DNA from: Luteimonas sp. | GTDB taxonomy: Bacteria > Pseudomonadota > Gammaproteobacteria > Xanthomonadales > Xanthomonadaceae | NCBI GenBank assembly: GCA_024707405.1 | Contig: JANPZU010000006.1 | Coordinates: 53,164-117,163, forward strand | DNA length: 64,000 nt | Direction of reading: 5' to 3' | Shown: piece after piece, positions 50,788 through 62,070 of the stretch | How positions within the stretch are numbered: the stretch's first letter is position 1 | Layout: every line of letters starts with the position of its first letter | Notes under the pieces: generated by a model | What the model was told of the DNA's origin: nothing | The model's input: the letters and a program-made list of their open reading frames with translations, nothing else | The model's database searches: none | Position numbers and translations under genes: made by a program

Positions 50788-50893
50788 CGTGGCGGCGTGG
50801 GTGCGGGTGGGGCCGGTATTGTAGTCCGCGCGCCGGATGCGACGGGCGGCAATGACGTCGATGCGGTCGTTGCCCGGGGCGCCAAGCCTTGGG

Positions 50894-51169
50894 CTAGTGG
50901 TCGAGCCCGTATTCGCGCAGTTTCTTGCGCAGCGTGGCGCGGTGGATGCCGAGCAGGGTGGCGGCGCGACTCTGGTTGCCGTCGCAATGGTTCAGCACTT
51001 CGACGAACAGCGGGATCTCGAGTTCGCGCAGGGCGATCTCGTACAGGTTGTCGGTGGCGTTGCCGTTGAGGTCGCCGAGGTAGCGGCGCACGGAGTTCGC
51101 GACGTGCTCGCGCAATGGCGCGCGCGGAGGCGTGCGTTGCGTGGCATCGGTGCGGTCGTGGGTGTTCAA
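50894..51169 (-). CDS. fis: Fis-family DNA-binding protein
   Basis: C-terminal [29 protein letters not shown]. 91 aa. Apparent TTG start. Confidence 0.85.
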   Translation of the reverse strand: MNTHDRTDATQRTPPRAPLREHVANSVRRYLGDLNGNATDNLYEIALRELEIPLFVEVLNHCDGNQSRAATLLGIHRATLRKKLREYGLDH

Positions 51170-51289
51170 GCGCGTGTCCGGAAGCGTGGTGGTGCCCTTC
51201 GCGGGGGCGGGCGATGTCCGCGCCGCGTATCTAAAGGGGGCAGCGAGTCTAGCGCGTCATCGCACGGGGCGCCAACGAGAACGCCGCAT

Positions 51290-52399
51290 TTAATGGAATT
51301 CGAACGAGAATGCGACCACGTTCGCGGCCGGTTCGATCACGTCCAACCGGATCATCGCGCTTTGTCCGCTGGACAAGACGGCATCGTCGGGTTCGTCGCC
51401 CAGATATTCGCGTGGCGCGAACGTCCGCGTGCCGACGGCCCGGCCATCGACGTCCGACAGCGTCAGCGCCATCCGCGGCCAGGCTTGCGACCAGCGCGCA
51501 TCGTTGCGGAACGTGGCGCTCACGCGCAGCACGCCGGGCCGTGCGGGATCTGGGCGCACGTCGCGCGCGACGAGCACCAGTGCGCCGGGTTCCCGCCATG
51601 GCGGCAACGTGCAGCCCAGTGCGTTGCAGAGCGTCGACAGCAGCGGTCGCCATTGCGCATCCTCGGCGAGGCGGGCGCGATCGGCCAACAGGATCTGCAG
51701 CAGCAACGACAGTGACAGCACGGCGAGCGCGCCGATCACCAGCCAGCGATGCTCAGCGGTCGGCGCAGCGTGCGGGGTGGGGCGCGCCGCGATGAAGCTC
51801 GGGGCGGGTTTCGCTGCCGGAAGGACAGCCGCTGGCGCTGCGGTTTCGGCGACTTCCGGGGTGCCGTCGATGCCGGGCGCGTCGTGCGCAGGCGAGGCAT
51901 CGTCGTGGGCGGATGTGACTTCGACTTCGATGGGGACGGTGCTGCCATCGGCGACTTCGTGCTCCGATGCCGCTGCGAAGAGGATGTCTGCCGCGTCGTC
52001 TGCGGGGCCGGCATCGCCTTCTGCTTCGTCGCGATCGGCTGCCGAGGCTTCGGCGCGTCCCTGGCCTGCATCGGGTGTCGGGTCGTCTTTGCCGTGCGGT
52101 ACTTCCGTGCGTGCCGTGTCGACGGGCTCGGTCGATGGCGTCCTGATGGCGCCTGCCAGCGACGCGACCAGACCCGCCGCGTGGCGCCAGGCATCCCCGG
52201 TGTCGGCGTTGGCATCGGCGGGCGAGATCCCCGCCGCGGTGTCATCCGCGGTTGCATCCATCGTGGGTGCGGCTGCGACTTCGGCAGCAGGGGCGTCGTC
52301 GCGCAACTTGCCGGCGCAGCGCGGGCATCGTTCCGGCGGCCGGTCGGTCGCCGGATCGGTGGCGACCAGTGCGTTGCAATGGTGGCAGTTGACGAACAT
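51290..52399 (-). CDS. zinc-ribbon + DUF3426-type membrane protein with acidic low-complexity linker
   Basis: MFVNCHHCNA...CPRCAG zinc ribbon. Long Ala/Asp/Pro-rich linker. Single TM. C-terminal beta domain. ATG at 52399 preferred over TTG at 52411. Confidence 0.7.
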   Translation of the reverse strand: MFVNCHHCNALVATDPATDRPPERCPRCAGKLRDDAPAAEVAAAPTMDATADDTAAGISPADANADTGDAWRHAAGLVASLAGAIRTPSTEPVDTARTEVPHGKDDPTPDAGQGRAEASAADRDEAEGDAGPADDAADILFAAASEHEVADGSTVPIEVEVTSAHDDASPAHDAPGIDGTPEVAETAAPAAVLPAAKPAPSFIAARPTPHAAPTAEHRWLVIGALAVLSLSLLLQILLADRARLAEDAQWRPLLSTLCNALGCTLPPWREPGALVLVARDVRPDPARPGVLRVSATFRNDARWSQAWPRMALTLSDVDGRAVGTRTFAPREYLGDEPDDAVLSSGQSAMIRLDVIEPAANVVAFSFEFH

Positions 52400-52444
52400 C
52401 GGGCTATTCAACCATGCCGGTGTCGCGGCATGGCGTGCCCTGCG

Positions 52445-53362
52445 TCACCGGCGCACGCCATCGATGCGCACCCAGTCGCCCTCGTGCGCGACCCGAAGCT
52501 GGTCGAACCACGGGCGGAAACGACGCAGCAATTCCTCCTGCTGTCCGTCGAGGATGCCCGACAGTGCGATGTGGCCACCGGGCGCGGTGCGTTCGGCCAG
52601 CGTTTCGGCCAGGGCATCCAGTGCAGAGGCGAGGATGTTGGCGACGACGACCGGATAGGTCGTGTCCGGCGCATCCTGCGGCGCGAACACGTCGAGCCGC
52701 TCGCCGACATCGTTGCGGTCGGCATTGTCGCGCGTGGCCACCAGTGCCTGCGGGTCGTTGTCGATGCCGCTGGCGTGTACGGCACCGAGCTTCAATGCGG
52801 CGAGTGCGAGGATGCCGCTGCCGCAGCCGAAATCCAGCACCGGCTTGCCTGCGAGCAGGCCGTCATTGGCCAGCGCGTCCAGCCACTGCAGGCACAACGA
52901 CGTGGTGGGGTGCGTGCCGGAGCCGAAGGCCAGGCCGGGGTCGAGCCGCACGATCGCCGCGTCGCCGGTTTGTGCGTCGTCCGGCAGTTCGCGATTCCAC
53001 GGCACGATCCAGGTGCGCGTGCCGAAGCGCAGCGGTACGTACTGATCCATCCACGCGCGTTCCCAGTCCTGGTCGTCGACCTTGCGGAAGCCCGCGCCCG
53101 ACCAGTCCAGTCCCGGGTCGAACGATTCCAGCGTCGCCAGCAGCAGCAAGGCGTCGGTGTCGCCCGGGAACAGCGCGGCCAGCACCATCTCCTGCCACAG
53201 TGGTGTTTCGCCGACGCCCGGCTCGAAGATCGCCTGTTCGTCGGCGGCATCCAGGTGTGCGTCCTGCATCGTCACCGACAGTGCGCCCATGTCTTCCAGT
53301 GCGCGTTCGACGCGCGGTTGTTCGGCTTCGCTGCAACGGAAGGTGAGTTCGAGGAAGGGCAT
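52445..53362 (-). CDS. prmA: ribosomal protein L11 methyltransferase
   Basis: MPFLELTF...FGTGTHPTT-type motif ([13 protein letters not shown]) and [15 protein letters not shown] motif. Confidence 0.9.
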   Translation of the reverse strand: MPFLELTFRCSEAEQPRVERALEDMGALSVTMQDAHLDAADEQAIFEPGVGETPLWQEMVLAALFPGDTDALLLLATLESFDPGLDWSGAGFRKVDDQDWERAWMDQYVPLRFGTRTWIVPWNRELPDDAQTGDAAIVRLDPGLAFGSGTHPTTSLCLQWLDALANDGLLAGKPVLDFGCGSGILALAALKLGAVHASGIDNDPQALVATRDNADRNDVGERLDVFAPQDAPDTTYPVVVANILASALDALAETLAERTAPGGHIALSGILDGQQEELLRRFRPWFDQLRVAHEGDWVRIDGVRR

Positions 53363-53398
53363 GTCGCGTCCTGCGGATGTTCGGATGTCGGGAGGGTT

Positions 53399-54427
53399 TC
53401 AGGGCTTGTGCGAGAAGATCGCGCCGATCGAGCCCGGCACGAAGAAACCGTTGATCCGGGTCGAGCCCAGGCAATAGGTCGAATCGAGGTCGAAGTGCGG
53501 CGCGAACAGGCCGGCCACGCTCGCCGGCGTGAAGAAATTGACGTGCGTGGATTCGAGCAGGTGCCACGGCACGGTGTTGGTCGGGAAGCTGCTCGGGATC
53601 GAGGTGATGTCGGGCGTGGTCACCAGCACCTTGCCACCGGGCCGGAGCACGCGGTGGAACTCGGGGATGTAGCGGGCGATGTCCGGGATATGTTCGATGA
53701 CTTCGGTCGAGACGATCCAGTCGAACGAGGCGTCGGCGAACGGCGACGGAATGCCGCCGCCGTAGAGCGTGACGTGCTGTTCGGCGCCGGGCTTGAGCGC
53801 CTTCCTGATCCGTGGCTCGTCGAGTTCGATGCCGTGCGCATCGCGCCCCTGGCCGCGCAGGGCCAGTACCACGTCGCCGTTGCCGCAGCCGAAGTCGAGC
53901 ACCTTGCCTTCGGCGCGCAGCGTGAAGGTCTTGAATTCGTCGGACACGTTGGTCGGCGGGCCGGAGCCGTAGATCGCGTTTCGCCCGAGCACCTTGTCCT
54001 GCGTGAGCAGGTTGCGGTAGTGCGGATCGAGCGTGGCGTATCCGGCCGAAGGCGATGCCTGGTGCAAGGTGCGCTCGCCCAGGCGCAACGCGACGGGCTG
54101 TTCGCCCGCATCGAGCAGGAAATCCGCGCGGAAGCCGCCGAACTCGTCGGCGATGCCGGCGGCGCGCACGTCCGGGCGAAGGATCTTCGAGTAGACCGTC
54201 GGCGCGATGCCGTTGCGATGCGTGGTGTCGAGCACCAGCGGCAGGTGCCGGGGGCCTGCGTACCAGCCGAAGGTGCGCACGATCGGCAGCGGCGCGCCTT
54301 CGATTCGCTCGAACGTACCGACGTGCCCGTCGTGCTCGAAGCCGATCGGTGCCTGCGCGGCGGGCGTGACAGGCACGCCGCCGAGCCGGCGCAGCAGCCG
54401 CATGCGGAGTGAATGGAGTACGTTCAC
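53399..54427 (-). CDS. class I SAM-dependent methyltransferase with ~170-aa N-terminal domain of unknown function
   Basis: VLDFGCGNGD motif I. VSTEVIEHIPD and LRPGGKVLVTTPD motifs. GTG start. Confidence 0.75.
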   Translation of the reverse strand: MNVLHSLRMRLLRRLGGVPVTPAAQAPIGFEHDGHVGTFERIEGAPLPIVRTFGWYAGPRHLPLVLDTTHRNGIAPTVYSKILRPDVRAAGIADEFGGFRADFLLDAGEQPVALRLGERTLHQASPSAGYATLDPHYRNLLTQDKVLGRNAIYGSGPPTNVSDEFKTFTLRAEGKVLDFGCGNGDVVLALRGQGRDAHGIELDEPRIRKALKPGAEQHVTLYGGGIPSPFADASFDWIVSTEVIEHIPDIARYIPEFHRVLRPGGKVLVTTPDITSIPSSFPTNTVPWHLLESTHVNFFTPASVAGLFAPHFDLDSTYCLGSTRINGFFVPGSIGAIFSHKP

Positions 54428-54452
54428 GAGGCCAGGCCTGCCCTGCTCGCCA

Positions 54453-55820
<1,368 letters not shown>

Positions 55821-55866
55821 GAGTGTTCCCGTTCGTCCTGGGCTTGGCGGAGCGGAGTCGAAGGAC

Positions 55867-56355
55867 TCAGCCGATCACGAACAGCGGCTGGTCGAACTCC
55901 ACCGGCTGGCCGCTTTCGGTCAGGATCGCGACGACCGTGCCCGAGGTGTCGGCCTCGATCGGGTTGAACATCTTCATCGCCTCGATGATGCCCAGCGTCT
56001 CGCCGGCCTTGACCGACTGGCCGACGGTCACGAAAGCCGGCTTGTCGGGCGAGGGCGAGGAATAGAACGTGCCGACCATCGGCGACTTGACCACGTGGCC
56101 GGGCGGCAGCGCGGAGCCGGCTGCCGGTTCGCGGCCGCCGGTGGGGCCGTCGACGGGGGAGCGCATCGGCATGACCGGCTCGTCGTTGCGCGGCGGGGCC
56201 GCCGGCGTGGCCGGCGGCTGGGCGTAGACCACCGGCGCGGCGCCGGAGACGTTGCGCGACAGGCGCACGGACTCCTCGCCTTCCTTGATCTCCAGTTCGG
56301 AGAGGTTCGATTCTTCGAGCAGGTCGATGAGTTTCTTGATCTTGCGAAGATCCAT
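55867..56355 (-). CDS. accB: acetyl-CoA carboxylase biotin carboxyl carrier protein
   Basis: Pro/Ala linker and the biotinylation motif EAMKMFN. Confidence 0.95.
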   Translation of the reverse strand: MDLRKIKKLIDLLEESNLSELEIKEGEESVRLSRNVSGAAPVVYAQPPATPAAPPRNDEPVMPMRSPVDGPTGGREPAAGSALPPGHVVKSPMVGTFYSSPSPDKPAFVTVGQSVKAGETLGIIEAMKMFNPIEADTSGTVVAILTESGQPVEFDQPLFVIG

Positions 56356-56397
56356 GGCGTGCCTCGTGTGTTTCGTGTTGCGAAAGGAATGTGGGTT

Positions 56398-56844
56398 TCA
56401 GCGGGGGGCATCAAGCTGCCGAAGCGCGGCGGTCAGTGCCAGCGCGTAGCTGAGCGGGCCGAAGCCGCAGACCACGCCGACGGCCTTGTCGCTGAGATAG
56501 CTGGTGTGGCGGAACGGCTCGCGGGCGTGCGGGTTGGACAGGTGCACTTCGATGAAGGGGATCGCCACCGCCGCCAGTGCGTCGCGGATCGCGACGCTGG
56601 TATGGGTGAAGGCGGCGGGATTGATCAGGATGAAGTCGGTGCCGTCGGTACGGGCGGCCTGGATGCGTTCGACCAGCGCGTGCTCGGCGTTGGACTGGAA
56701 GCTTTCCAGCGCGTGCCCGGCTTCGGCGGCGCGTGCCCGGAGGTCGGCATCGATGGTGTCCAGGCCGGCATGCCCATAGATCTCCGGCTCGCGCGTGCCG
56801 AGCAAGTTGAGGTTGGGGCCGTGGAGGACGAGCAGCTTTGCCAT
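56398..56844 (-). CDS. aroQ: type II 3-dehydroquinate dehydratase
   Basis: Start at [37 protein letters not shown] motif. Confidence 0.9.
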   Translation of the reverse strand: MAKLLVLHGPNLNLLGTREPEIYGHAGLDTIDADLRARAAEAGHALESFQSNAEHALVERIQAARTDGTDFILINPAAFTHTSVAIRDALAAVAIPFIEVHLSNPHAREPFRHTSYLSDKAVGVVCGFGPLSYALALTAALRQLDAPR

Positions 56845-56989
56845 CGGGACACCGGGCGGTCGATGGCGCGCAGTCTGGGCCAAGCCCCGGATGCTGTCCA
56901 GTTCGCCGACGATGGCGGAAGTTAAGCGATTGTTTGAGTTGGGGCTCTAGTCACGCTTTGGCGCCACCCGTGCGCGTCCCGTGCGTGGC

Positions 56990-57586
56990 TCAGGGCGCTG
57001 CCCAGTCGTCGATCTCGCCATGCTGGAATGGCCCGATCTTCTGCTTGAGCAAACGGCCATCTGCCGACACGAGTGCGGTGTAGGGCAGCACGCCGCGGGG
57101 GTTGCCGAGCAGCACACCCGCATCGGCCGGGCCGGGTGCGTCGAGGGCGATCCGGTAGCCGACCGGGATGCGCTGCAGGAAATCCTGCACCGCTTCGGCA
57201 TCGTCCAGGGCGATGCCGAGCACCTGCGTGCCGCCGGTGCCCTGTTCGCGGGCGTAGCGGTCGAGTTCCGGCATTTCCTCGATGCACGGGCCGCACCAGC
57301 TTGCCCAGAGGTTGATCAACACCGGTTGGCCGGCGTAGGCGTCGGGCAGGCGCAGGGTGCCGCCGTCGAGCGTGGCGATGCTGACCGCCGGGATCGTTTC
57401 TCCGCGCTTGGCGACCGGCACACCTTCGGGCGTGGGCGTGGCAGCGACCAGCGAGTCGTTGAGCATGCGCTGGCCGAACTCGGTGCCCAGCAGCGGGCCG
57501 GGGCCGTTGATCCACAGCCCGGCGACCAGGCCGAGCAATCCGGCGACGAACGCGAACGCGACGATGCGCAGCGGCGTGACTTTCAT
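56990..57586 (-). CDS. TlpA/ResA-family periplasmic thiol:disulfide oxidoreductase
   Basis: N-terminal anchor. WASWCGPC thioredoxin motif. The start overlaps the dsbD stop. Confidence 0.8.
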   Translation of the reverse strand: MKVTPLRIVAFAFVAGLLGLVAGLWINGPGPLLGTEFGQRMLNDSLVAATPTPEGVPVAKRGETIPAVSIATLDGGTLRLPDAYAGQPVLINLWASWCGPCIEEMPELDRYAREQGTGGTQVLGIALDDAEAVQDFLQRIPVGYRIALDAPGPADAGVLLGNPRGVLPYTALVSADGRLLKQKIGPFQHGEIDDWAAP

Positions 57587-59940
57587 CGTGCCGCGCGTTC
57601 CAGCGCCGACACCACGATGGCGTCGGTGAGGATCGCCGGCAGCACCTCGCCTTCGCCGCCGTTCGCCGGGTACACCACGTACAGCGGCACGCCGACGGCG
57701 TTGTGCTGGGCGAGGTAGGCGCCGATGTGGTCGTCCACGTCCGTCCAGTCGCCGACCATGTAGACGGCGTCGGCCCCTTGCAATGCATCGCGGAACGGCG
57801 CGCGCGCCAGCACACGGCGTTCGTTGGCCTTGCAGGTCACGCACCAGTCGGCGGTCATGTTGACGAACACCACGCGGCCTTCGTCGCGCAGCGCCTGCAG
57901 GCGTTCGGCCGAGTACGCGACTTCGCCTTCGGCAGTCGCGGCATTGCGTGCCGGTGCGTCCATCGTTGCCACGCGCATGATCGGCAGCAGCGACAGCACC
58001 AGCAACGCGAGTGCAAACGCGCGACCGGCGATGCCGGGCTTGAAGCGGCGATGTTCGTGCCACCACAGCGCCAGCGCGAACAGCGCCAGGCCAGCGGCGA
58101 CCAGCGCCATCGCATCCACGCCACGCTGCTTGCCCAGCACCCACGCCAGCCAGATCGCGGTCAGGTACATCGGGAACGCAAGCGCACGCTTGAACGTGTC
58201 CATCCATGCGCCGGGTTTCGGCAAACGATTCGCCAACGCAGGCACGAAGCCGATCAGCAGGAAGGGCAGCGCCAGGCCGAGGCCGAGCATCAGGAATACC
58301 GCCAGCGCCAGCCACGTCGACGATGCGAATGCGAATGCCAACGCACCGCCCATGAACGGCGCGATGCACGGACTGGCGACCACGCACGCCAGCACGCCGG
58401 TGAAGAAGTCGCCGACCGGCCCGCTGCGCGTCGCCAACGCGCTGCCGAGGTTGCCGACACCGCCGCCCAGCGAGAACACGCCCGACAGGCTCAGTCCGAC
58501 CGCGAACATCAGGTACACCAGCGCCGCGACGAACCACGGCTGCTGCAACTGGAAGCCCCAGCCCAGCGCCTGCCCGGTGGCGCGCAACGCGACGGCGATC
58601 AGGCCGATGGCAGCGAACGCCACCAGCACGCCCGCCGTGTACCAGAGCGCATGGCTGCGCGCGCGCTGCCGGCTCTCGCCCGATTGCGCCAGTCCCAGCG
58701 CCTTGAGCGAGAGGATCGGCAACACGCAGGGCATCAGGTTGAGGATCAGGCCGCCCAGCAGCGCCAATAGCAGTGCGCCGAACAGGCCGCCCTTGGGCAG
58801 CGAAGCCTGCACGCCCGGCGCCGACGTGCGTGATGCGTTGTCGGCAGACGCATCGGGCGTCGATGTTTCGGGCACATCGACCGTGGCCGGCGCCGCATCG
58901 GCGTCGATGGCATCCGTTTCGACCGGAAGCGCGGGTGCGACGGCGGTCGAGTCGCGTTCCGCAATGATCGCGGCTTGCGCTTCGGCGGCGGTTTCCGGCG
59001 TGCCTACGGGCAGCGCCACCTGCACCGTGCGTGTCATCGGCGGATAGCAGATGCCGTCGGCCTGGCAGCCCTGGAAGGTCGCGGTCAGCGTGACGTCTGC
59101 GGCGCCTGCGATGCGTCGCCGCACCGGCAAGGGCACGTCGACCTGGTCGAAGTACACCGTGACTTCGCCGAAATGTTCGTCGCGGTGCGCAACGCCCTTC
59201 GGCCACTTCGGCGTGCCGGCAGCGATGCCCTCGGCGCCGTCGATGTGGAATGTGTTGCGGTCGCGGTAGAGGTAGTACCCCTTTGCCGGCGTGAACCGCA
59301 TCAGGATCGTGTTGCCGTCGCCGGCGATGGCTTCGAACACGAAGGCCTGCTCGGGCGGCAGCGGCAAGGCCTGTGCCTGCCCGCCCGGCGCGGTGCCGAG
59401 CAATGCATTCGACGCTCCCGTCGCGCCGGACAGCGAACGCCCGAGCGCGGCGAAGCTTGCGTCGCCGGTGGAAGTGGGTTGCGCTGCATCGATGGCCTGC
59501 GCCGGCAACCGCACGCTCACCGTCCTCGTCTGCGGCGGATAGCAGATGCCGATGTCGGCGCAGCCCTGGTATTTCACCTGCAGCGTGACCGACGCGGCGC
59601 CGGTGTCGGCGCGGCCGGGCAGCGTCGCGGTCAATCGCTGGCGATAGGTCTCGACATCGCCGAAGAATTCGTCGGTGTACGGCGTGCCCGCCGGCAGTTG
59701 CAGCGGCTGCGCGACGAAGCCGGTGCCTTGTGCCTGCACCGCGGTGCGGTGGCGGTAGAGGTAGTAGCCGTCGGCGATCTTCCACTCGATCTCGATGCGA
59801 TCGCGGGCCGGAGCGCGCGTGGTCAGCACGAAGGCCTCGTCGACCGGCAGCAGGTCGTCGACATCGATGGCGAGGGCCGGCATCGCGGTTGCCAGCAGGC
59901 ACGATGCGACGAGGCGCTTCCACCAGCCCATGGCCGTCAT
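57583..59940 (-). CDS. dsbD: protein-disulfide reductase DsbD with duplicated N-terminal domain
   Basis: Two nDsbD-like modules (GYYLYR...QGCADIGICYPP and GYYLYR...QGCQADGICYPP). TM core (MPCVLPIL, ASPCIAPF). C-terminal thioredoxin (DWCVTCK). Confidence 0.9.
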   Translation of the reverse strand: MTAMGWWKRLVASCLLATAMPALAIDVDDLLPVDEAFVLTTRAPARDRIEIEWKIADGYYLYRHRTAVQAQGTGFVAQPLQLPAGTPYTDEFFGDVETYRQRLTATLPGRADTGAASVTLQVKYQGCADIGICYPPQTRTVSVRLPAQAIDAAQPTSTGDASFAALGRSLSGATGASNALLGTAPGGQAQALPLPPEQAFVFEAIAGDGNTILMRFTPAKGYYLYRDRNTFHIDGAEGIAAGTPKWPKGVAHRDEHFGEVTVYFDQVDVPLPVRRRIAGAADVTLTATFQGCQADGICYPPMTRTVQVALPVGTPETAAEAQAAIIAERDSTAVAPALPVETDAIDADAAPATVDVPETSTPDASADNASRTSAPGVQASLPKGGLFGALLLALLGGLILNLMPCVLPILSLKALGLAQSGESRQRARSHALWYTAGVLVAFAAIGLIAVALRATGQALGWGFQLQQPWFVAALVYLMFAVGLSLSGVFSLGGGVGNLGSALATRSGPVGDFFTGVLACVVASPCIAPFMGGALAFAFASSTWLALAVFLMLGLGLALPFLLIGFVPALANRLPKPGAWMDTFKRALAFPMYLTAIWLAWVLGKQRGVDAMALVAAGLALFALALWWHEHRRFKPGIAGRAFALALLVLSLLPIMRVATMDAPARNAATAEGEVAYSAERLQALRDEGRVVFVNMTADWCVTCKANERRVLARAPFRDALQGADAVYMVGDWTDVDDHIGAYLAQHNAVGVPLYVVYPANGGEGEVLPAILTDAIVVSALERAAR

Positions 59941-60266
59941 GCGTGGTCTCCCGGCGCGGTTTCGCGCGCGATCCAGTCGAGGTAGGCGGGCAATCCGCCG
60001 GTGATCTCGACCGCGACCACTTCGGGAAGTTCATACGGGTGCAACTCGACCACCCGCGCGGTGAGCGCATCGAGGCGATCACGTGTCGTCTTGATCGACA
60101 GCAGGGTTTCGCTGGTGCGTTCCACCTTGCCCTGCCAGCGATAGACCGATGTCGCATCCGGCAGGATCTGCACGCAGGCCGCCAGACGCTCCTCGACCAG
60201 CCCATCGGCGATGCGATGGGCGGTGTCGGCGTCCGGGCAGGTGCAGAGGCAGAGCAGGGCGGTCAT
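59937..60266 (-). CDS. cutA: divalent-cation tolerance protein CutA
   Basis: 109 aa. RLAACVQI...YRWQGKVE...ELHPYELPE motifs. The stop overlaps the dsbD start. Confidence 0.85.
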   Translation of the reverse strand: MTALLCLCTCPDADTAHRIADGLVEERLAACVQILPDATSVYRWQGKVERTSETLLSIKTTRDRLDALTARVVELHPYELPEVVAVEITGGLPAYLDWIARETAPGDHA

Positions 60267-60445
60267 GCGAGGGGGCGATCCCGCGAAAGGGCCGGATAGG
60301 GTAGCCGACCCCGCCCATGCACGGGATTGGCGCCGGCATCACGGAACGGAGCGTGCCGCCGTTGTTCAGTGACGTCGCGTGCCGTGCGCACATGGCAGGC
60401 TTTATCCTGTGCCACCCAGGATTTCGTCCCCCGATGGATGCCCCC

Positions 60446-60949
60446 ATGCACCTGACGTCACGTCGCCCGCTGCGAGCCCTGCTTGCTGCGGGTTTGCTCT
60501 TTGCTTCGTCCCTGCTTGCCTTCCCCGCCTTCGCCCAGGTCGAAGCCTCGGCGGGCATTTCCCTGACCCGCAACAACGAAAGCACGCCGATCGCGACCGT
60601 GGCCTGGTTGCCTGAGTGGCGCACACTGGGCGAGCACGGGCAATTGCGCTGGGAAGTCGGCGCGACGCATGTCCGTCCGCGCGACAACACCGCCTACGAT
60701 CTCGACCATCCGGTGACCGTGGTGCATGGCGGTTATCGCTACGAGCGCAGCGACAACGGCTTCACCACCGGCTTCGGCATTGGCCTGCAGGTCGGGCATA
60801 CCGATGCCTTGTCGGGCAACCCGCAGTTCATCACCACGCTGGGCTGGCGCTGGGGCAGGTTCTCGCTGCTGGCGCGCCACATCTCGAACGCGAGCATCCG
60901 ACAGCCCAACGACGGCGAGACGATGCTGCAGGGCGCCTGGCGGTTCTGA
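60446..60949 (+). CDS. PagL-like acyloxyacyl hydrolase (lipid A deacylase family), outer membrane
   Basis: Signal peptide ...AFPAFAQVE. Beta-strand-rich. H-x-S-N (RHISNAS) near the C-terminus, ending in F. ATG at 60434 is also possible. Confidence 0.6.
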   Translation: MHLTSRRPLRALLAAGLLFASSLLAFPAFAQVEASAGISLTRNNESTPIATVAWLPEWRTLGEHGQLRWEVGATHVRPRDNTAYDLDHPVTVVHGGYRYERSDNGFTTGFGIGLQVGHTDALSGNPQFITTLGWRWGRFSLLARHISNASIRQPNDGETMLQGAWRF

Positions 60950-60956
60950 GCTTCGA

Positions 60957-62042
60957 TCAGCGCGAAGCGCCGTGCCATTGGCGCGGCACGCGCTTGAGCC
61001 CGGTGAGCATGCGATAGGGGCTGTTGTGCCCGTGCGAGGCCACTTCGTTCACCGGCAGGTGTCGCCCCCACAATTCCACGCCGCTGCCAAGCCCCGATGA
61101 GGCAAGGTCGGTCAGGTCGATGGTCAGCATGTCCATCGATACGCGACCGATCAGTCGCGTGCGATGGCCGTCGACCAGCACCGGTGTGCCGGCGGGCGCG
61201 TATTGCGGATAGCCATCGGCATAGCCCATCGCCACCACGCCCACGCGCGTGGGCGCTTCGGTGACGAAACCGCCGCCGTAGCCGATGGGTTCGCCGGCGG
61301 CGAGGTCGCGTACCGCGATTACCTTGGATGCGACGTGCATCACCGGGCGCAGTGCATCGGTTTCGGCGCAAGGTGCATCAAGCATGTGCGTGCCGTAGAG
61401 CATCAGTCCCGGGCGCACCCATTCGCGTCGCGTCCGTGGCCATGCCATCAATGCGGCGGAGTTGGCGATGCTCGCGGGCGTGCCCGGCGGCAACGTCGCG
61501 TGGATGGCATCGAAGGTCGACAGTTGTTCGTCGGTGCGTGGCTGGGCGAGTTCGTCGGCGCGCGAGAAATGCGTCATCGCCACCAGGCCGGTGATCGATG
61601 GCAATGCGGACAGGCGTTGCCATGCCTGCACGTATTCGCCGGGCGACAGGCCGAGGCGATGCATGCCCGAGTCCAGCTTCAGCCACACGGTCAGCGGCTT
61701 CGCCGGACGATGTCGTTCGAGGGCATCGACCTGCCAGGGCGAGGCGGCCACCGTCCACAGGTCGTGCTGTTCGATCAGCGGCAATTCCCCGGCATCGAAA
61801 AATCCTTCCAGCAGCACGATCGGCGAACGGATGCCTGCTTCGCGCAGTTCCAGCGCTTCCTCGATGCAGGCCACGCCGAAGCCGTCGGCCTCGCAGTCGA
61901 GCGCGCGCGCGCACTGCGCCGCGCCATGGCCGTAGGCATCGGCCTTGACCACGGCCAGTGCCTTGCCGCCGCCAAGCTGTTTCGCCACGCGATAGTTGTG
62001 GACGAAGGCGTCGAGGTCGATGGTGGCGTGGGCGGGGCGCAT
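60957..62042 (-). CDS. alr: alanine racemase (catabolic, dadX-like position)
   Basis: Start at [16 protein letters not shown]-Lys motif [11 protein letters not shown]. Adjacent to dadA. Confidence 0.9.
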   Translation of the reverse strand: MRPAHATIDLDAFVHNYRVAKQLGGGKALAVVKADAYGHGAAQCARALDCEADGFGVACIEEALELREAGIRSPIVLLEGFFDAGELPLIEQHDLWTVAASPWQVDALERHRPAKPLTVWLKLDSGMHRLGLSPGEYVQAWQRLSALPSITGLVAMTHFSRADELAQPRTDEQLSTFDAIHATLPPGTPASIANSAALMAWPRTRREWVRPGLMLYGTHMLDAPCAETDALRPVMHVASKVIAVRDLAAGEPIGYGGGFVTEAPTRVGVVAMGYADGYPQYAPAGTPVLVDGHRTRLIGRVSMDMLTIDLTDLASSGLGSGVELWGRHLPVNEVASHGHNSPYRMLTGLKRVPRQWHGASR

Positions 62043-62070
62043 GTGCAGAGAGTGTCGTGTCTTCGATGAA

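Noticed and set aside
50788-50893. Possible ZTP (pfl) riboswitch upstream of purH
   Set aside because: The 106-nt leader has only a vague CCGCCCG resemblance to the 3' pseudoknot element. It lacks the conserved 5' sub-domain sequences. An Infernal scan would settle it.
56990-60205. Single 1071-aa ORF spanning the tlpA-like, dsbD and cutA region
   Set aside because: Only the last 198 codons (56990-57586) are protein-like (TlpA family, WCGPC). The upstream part is out of frame with the real dsbD and cutA reading frames, which carry the recognisable motifs.
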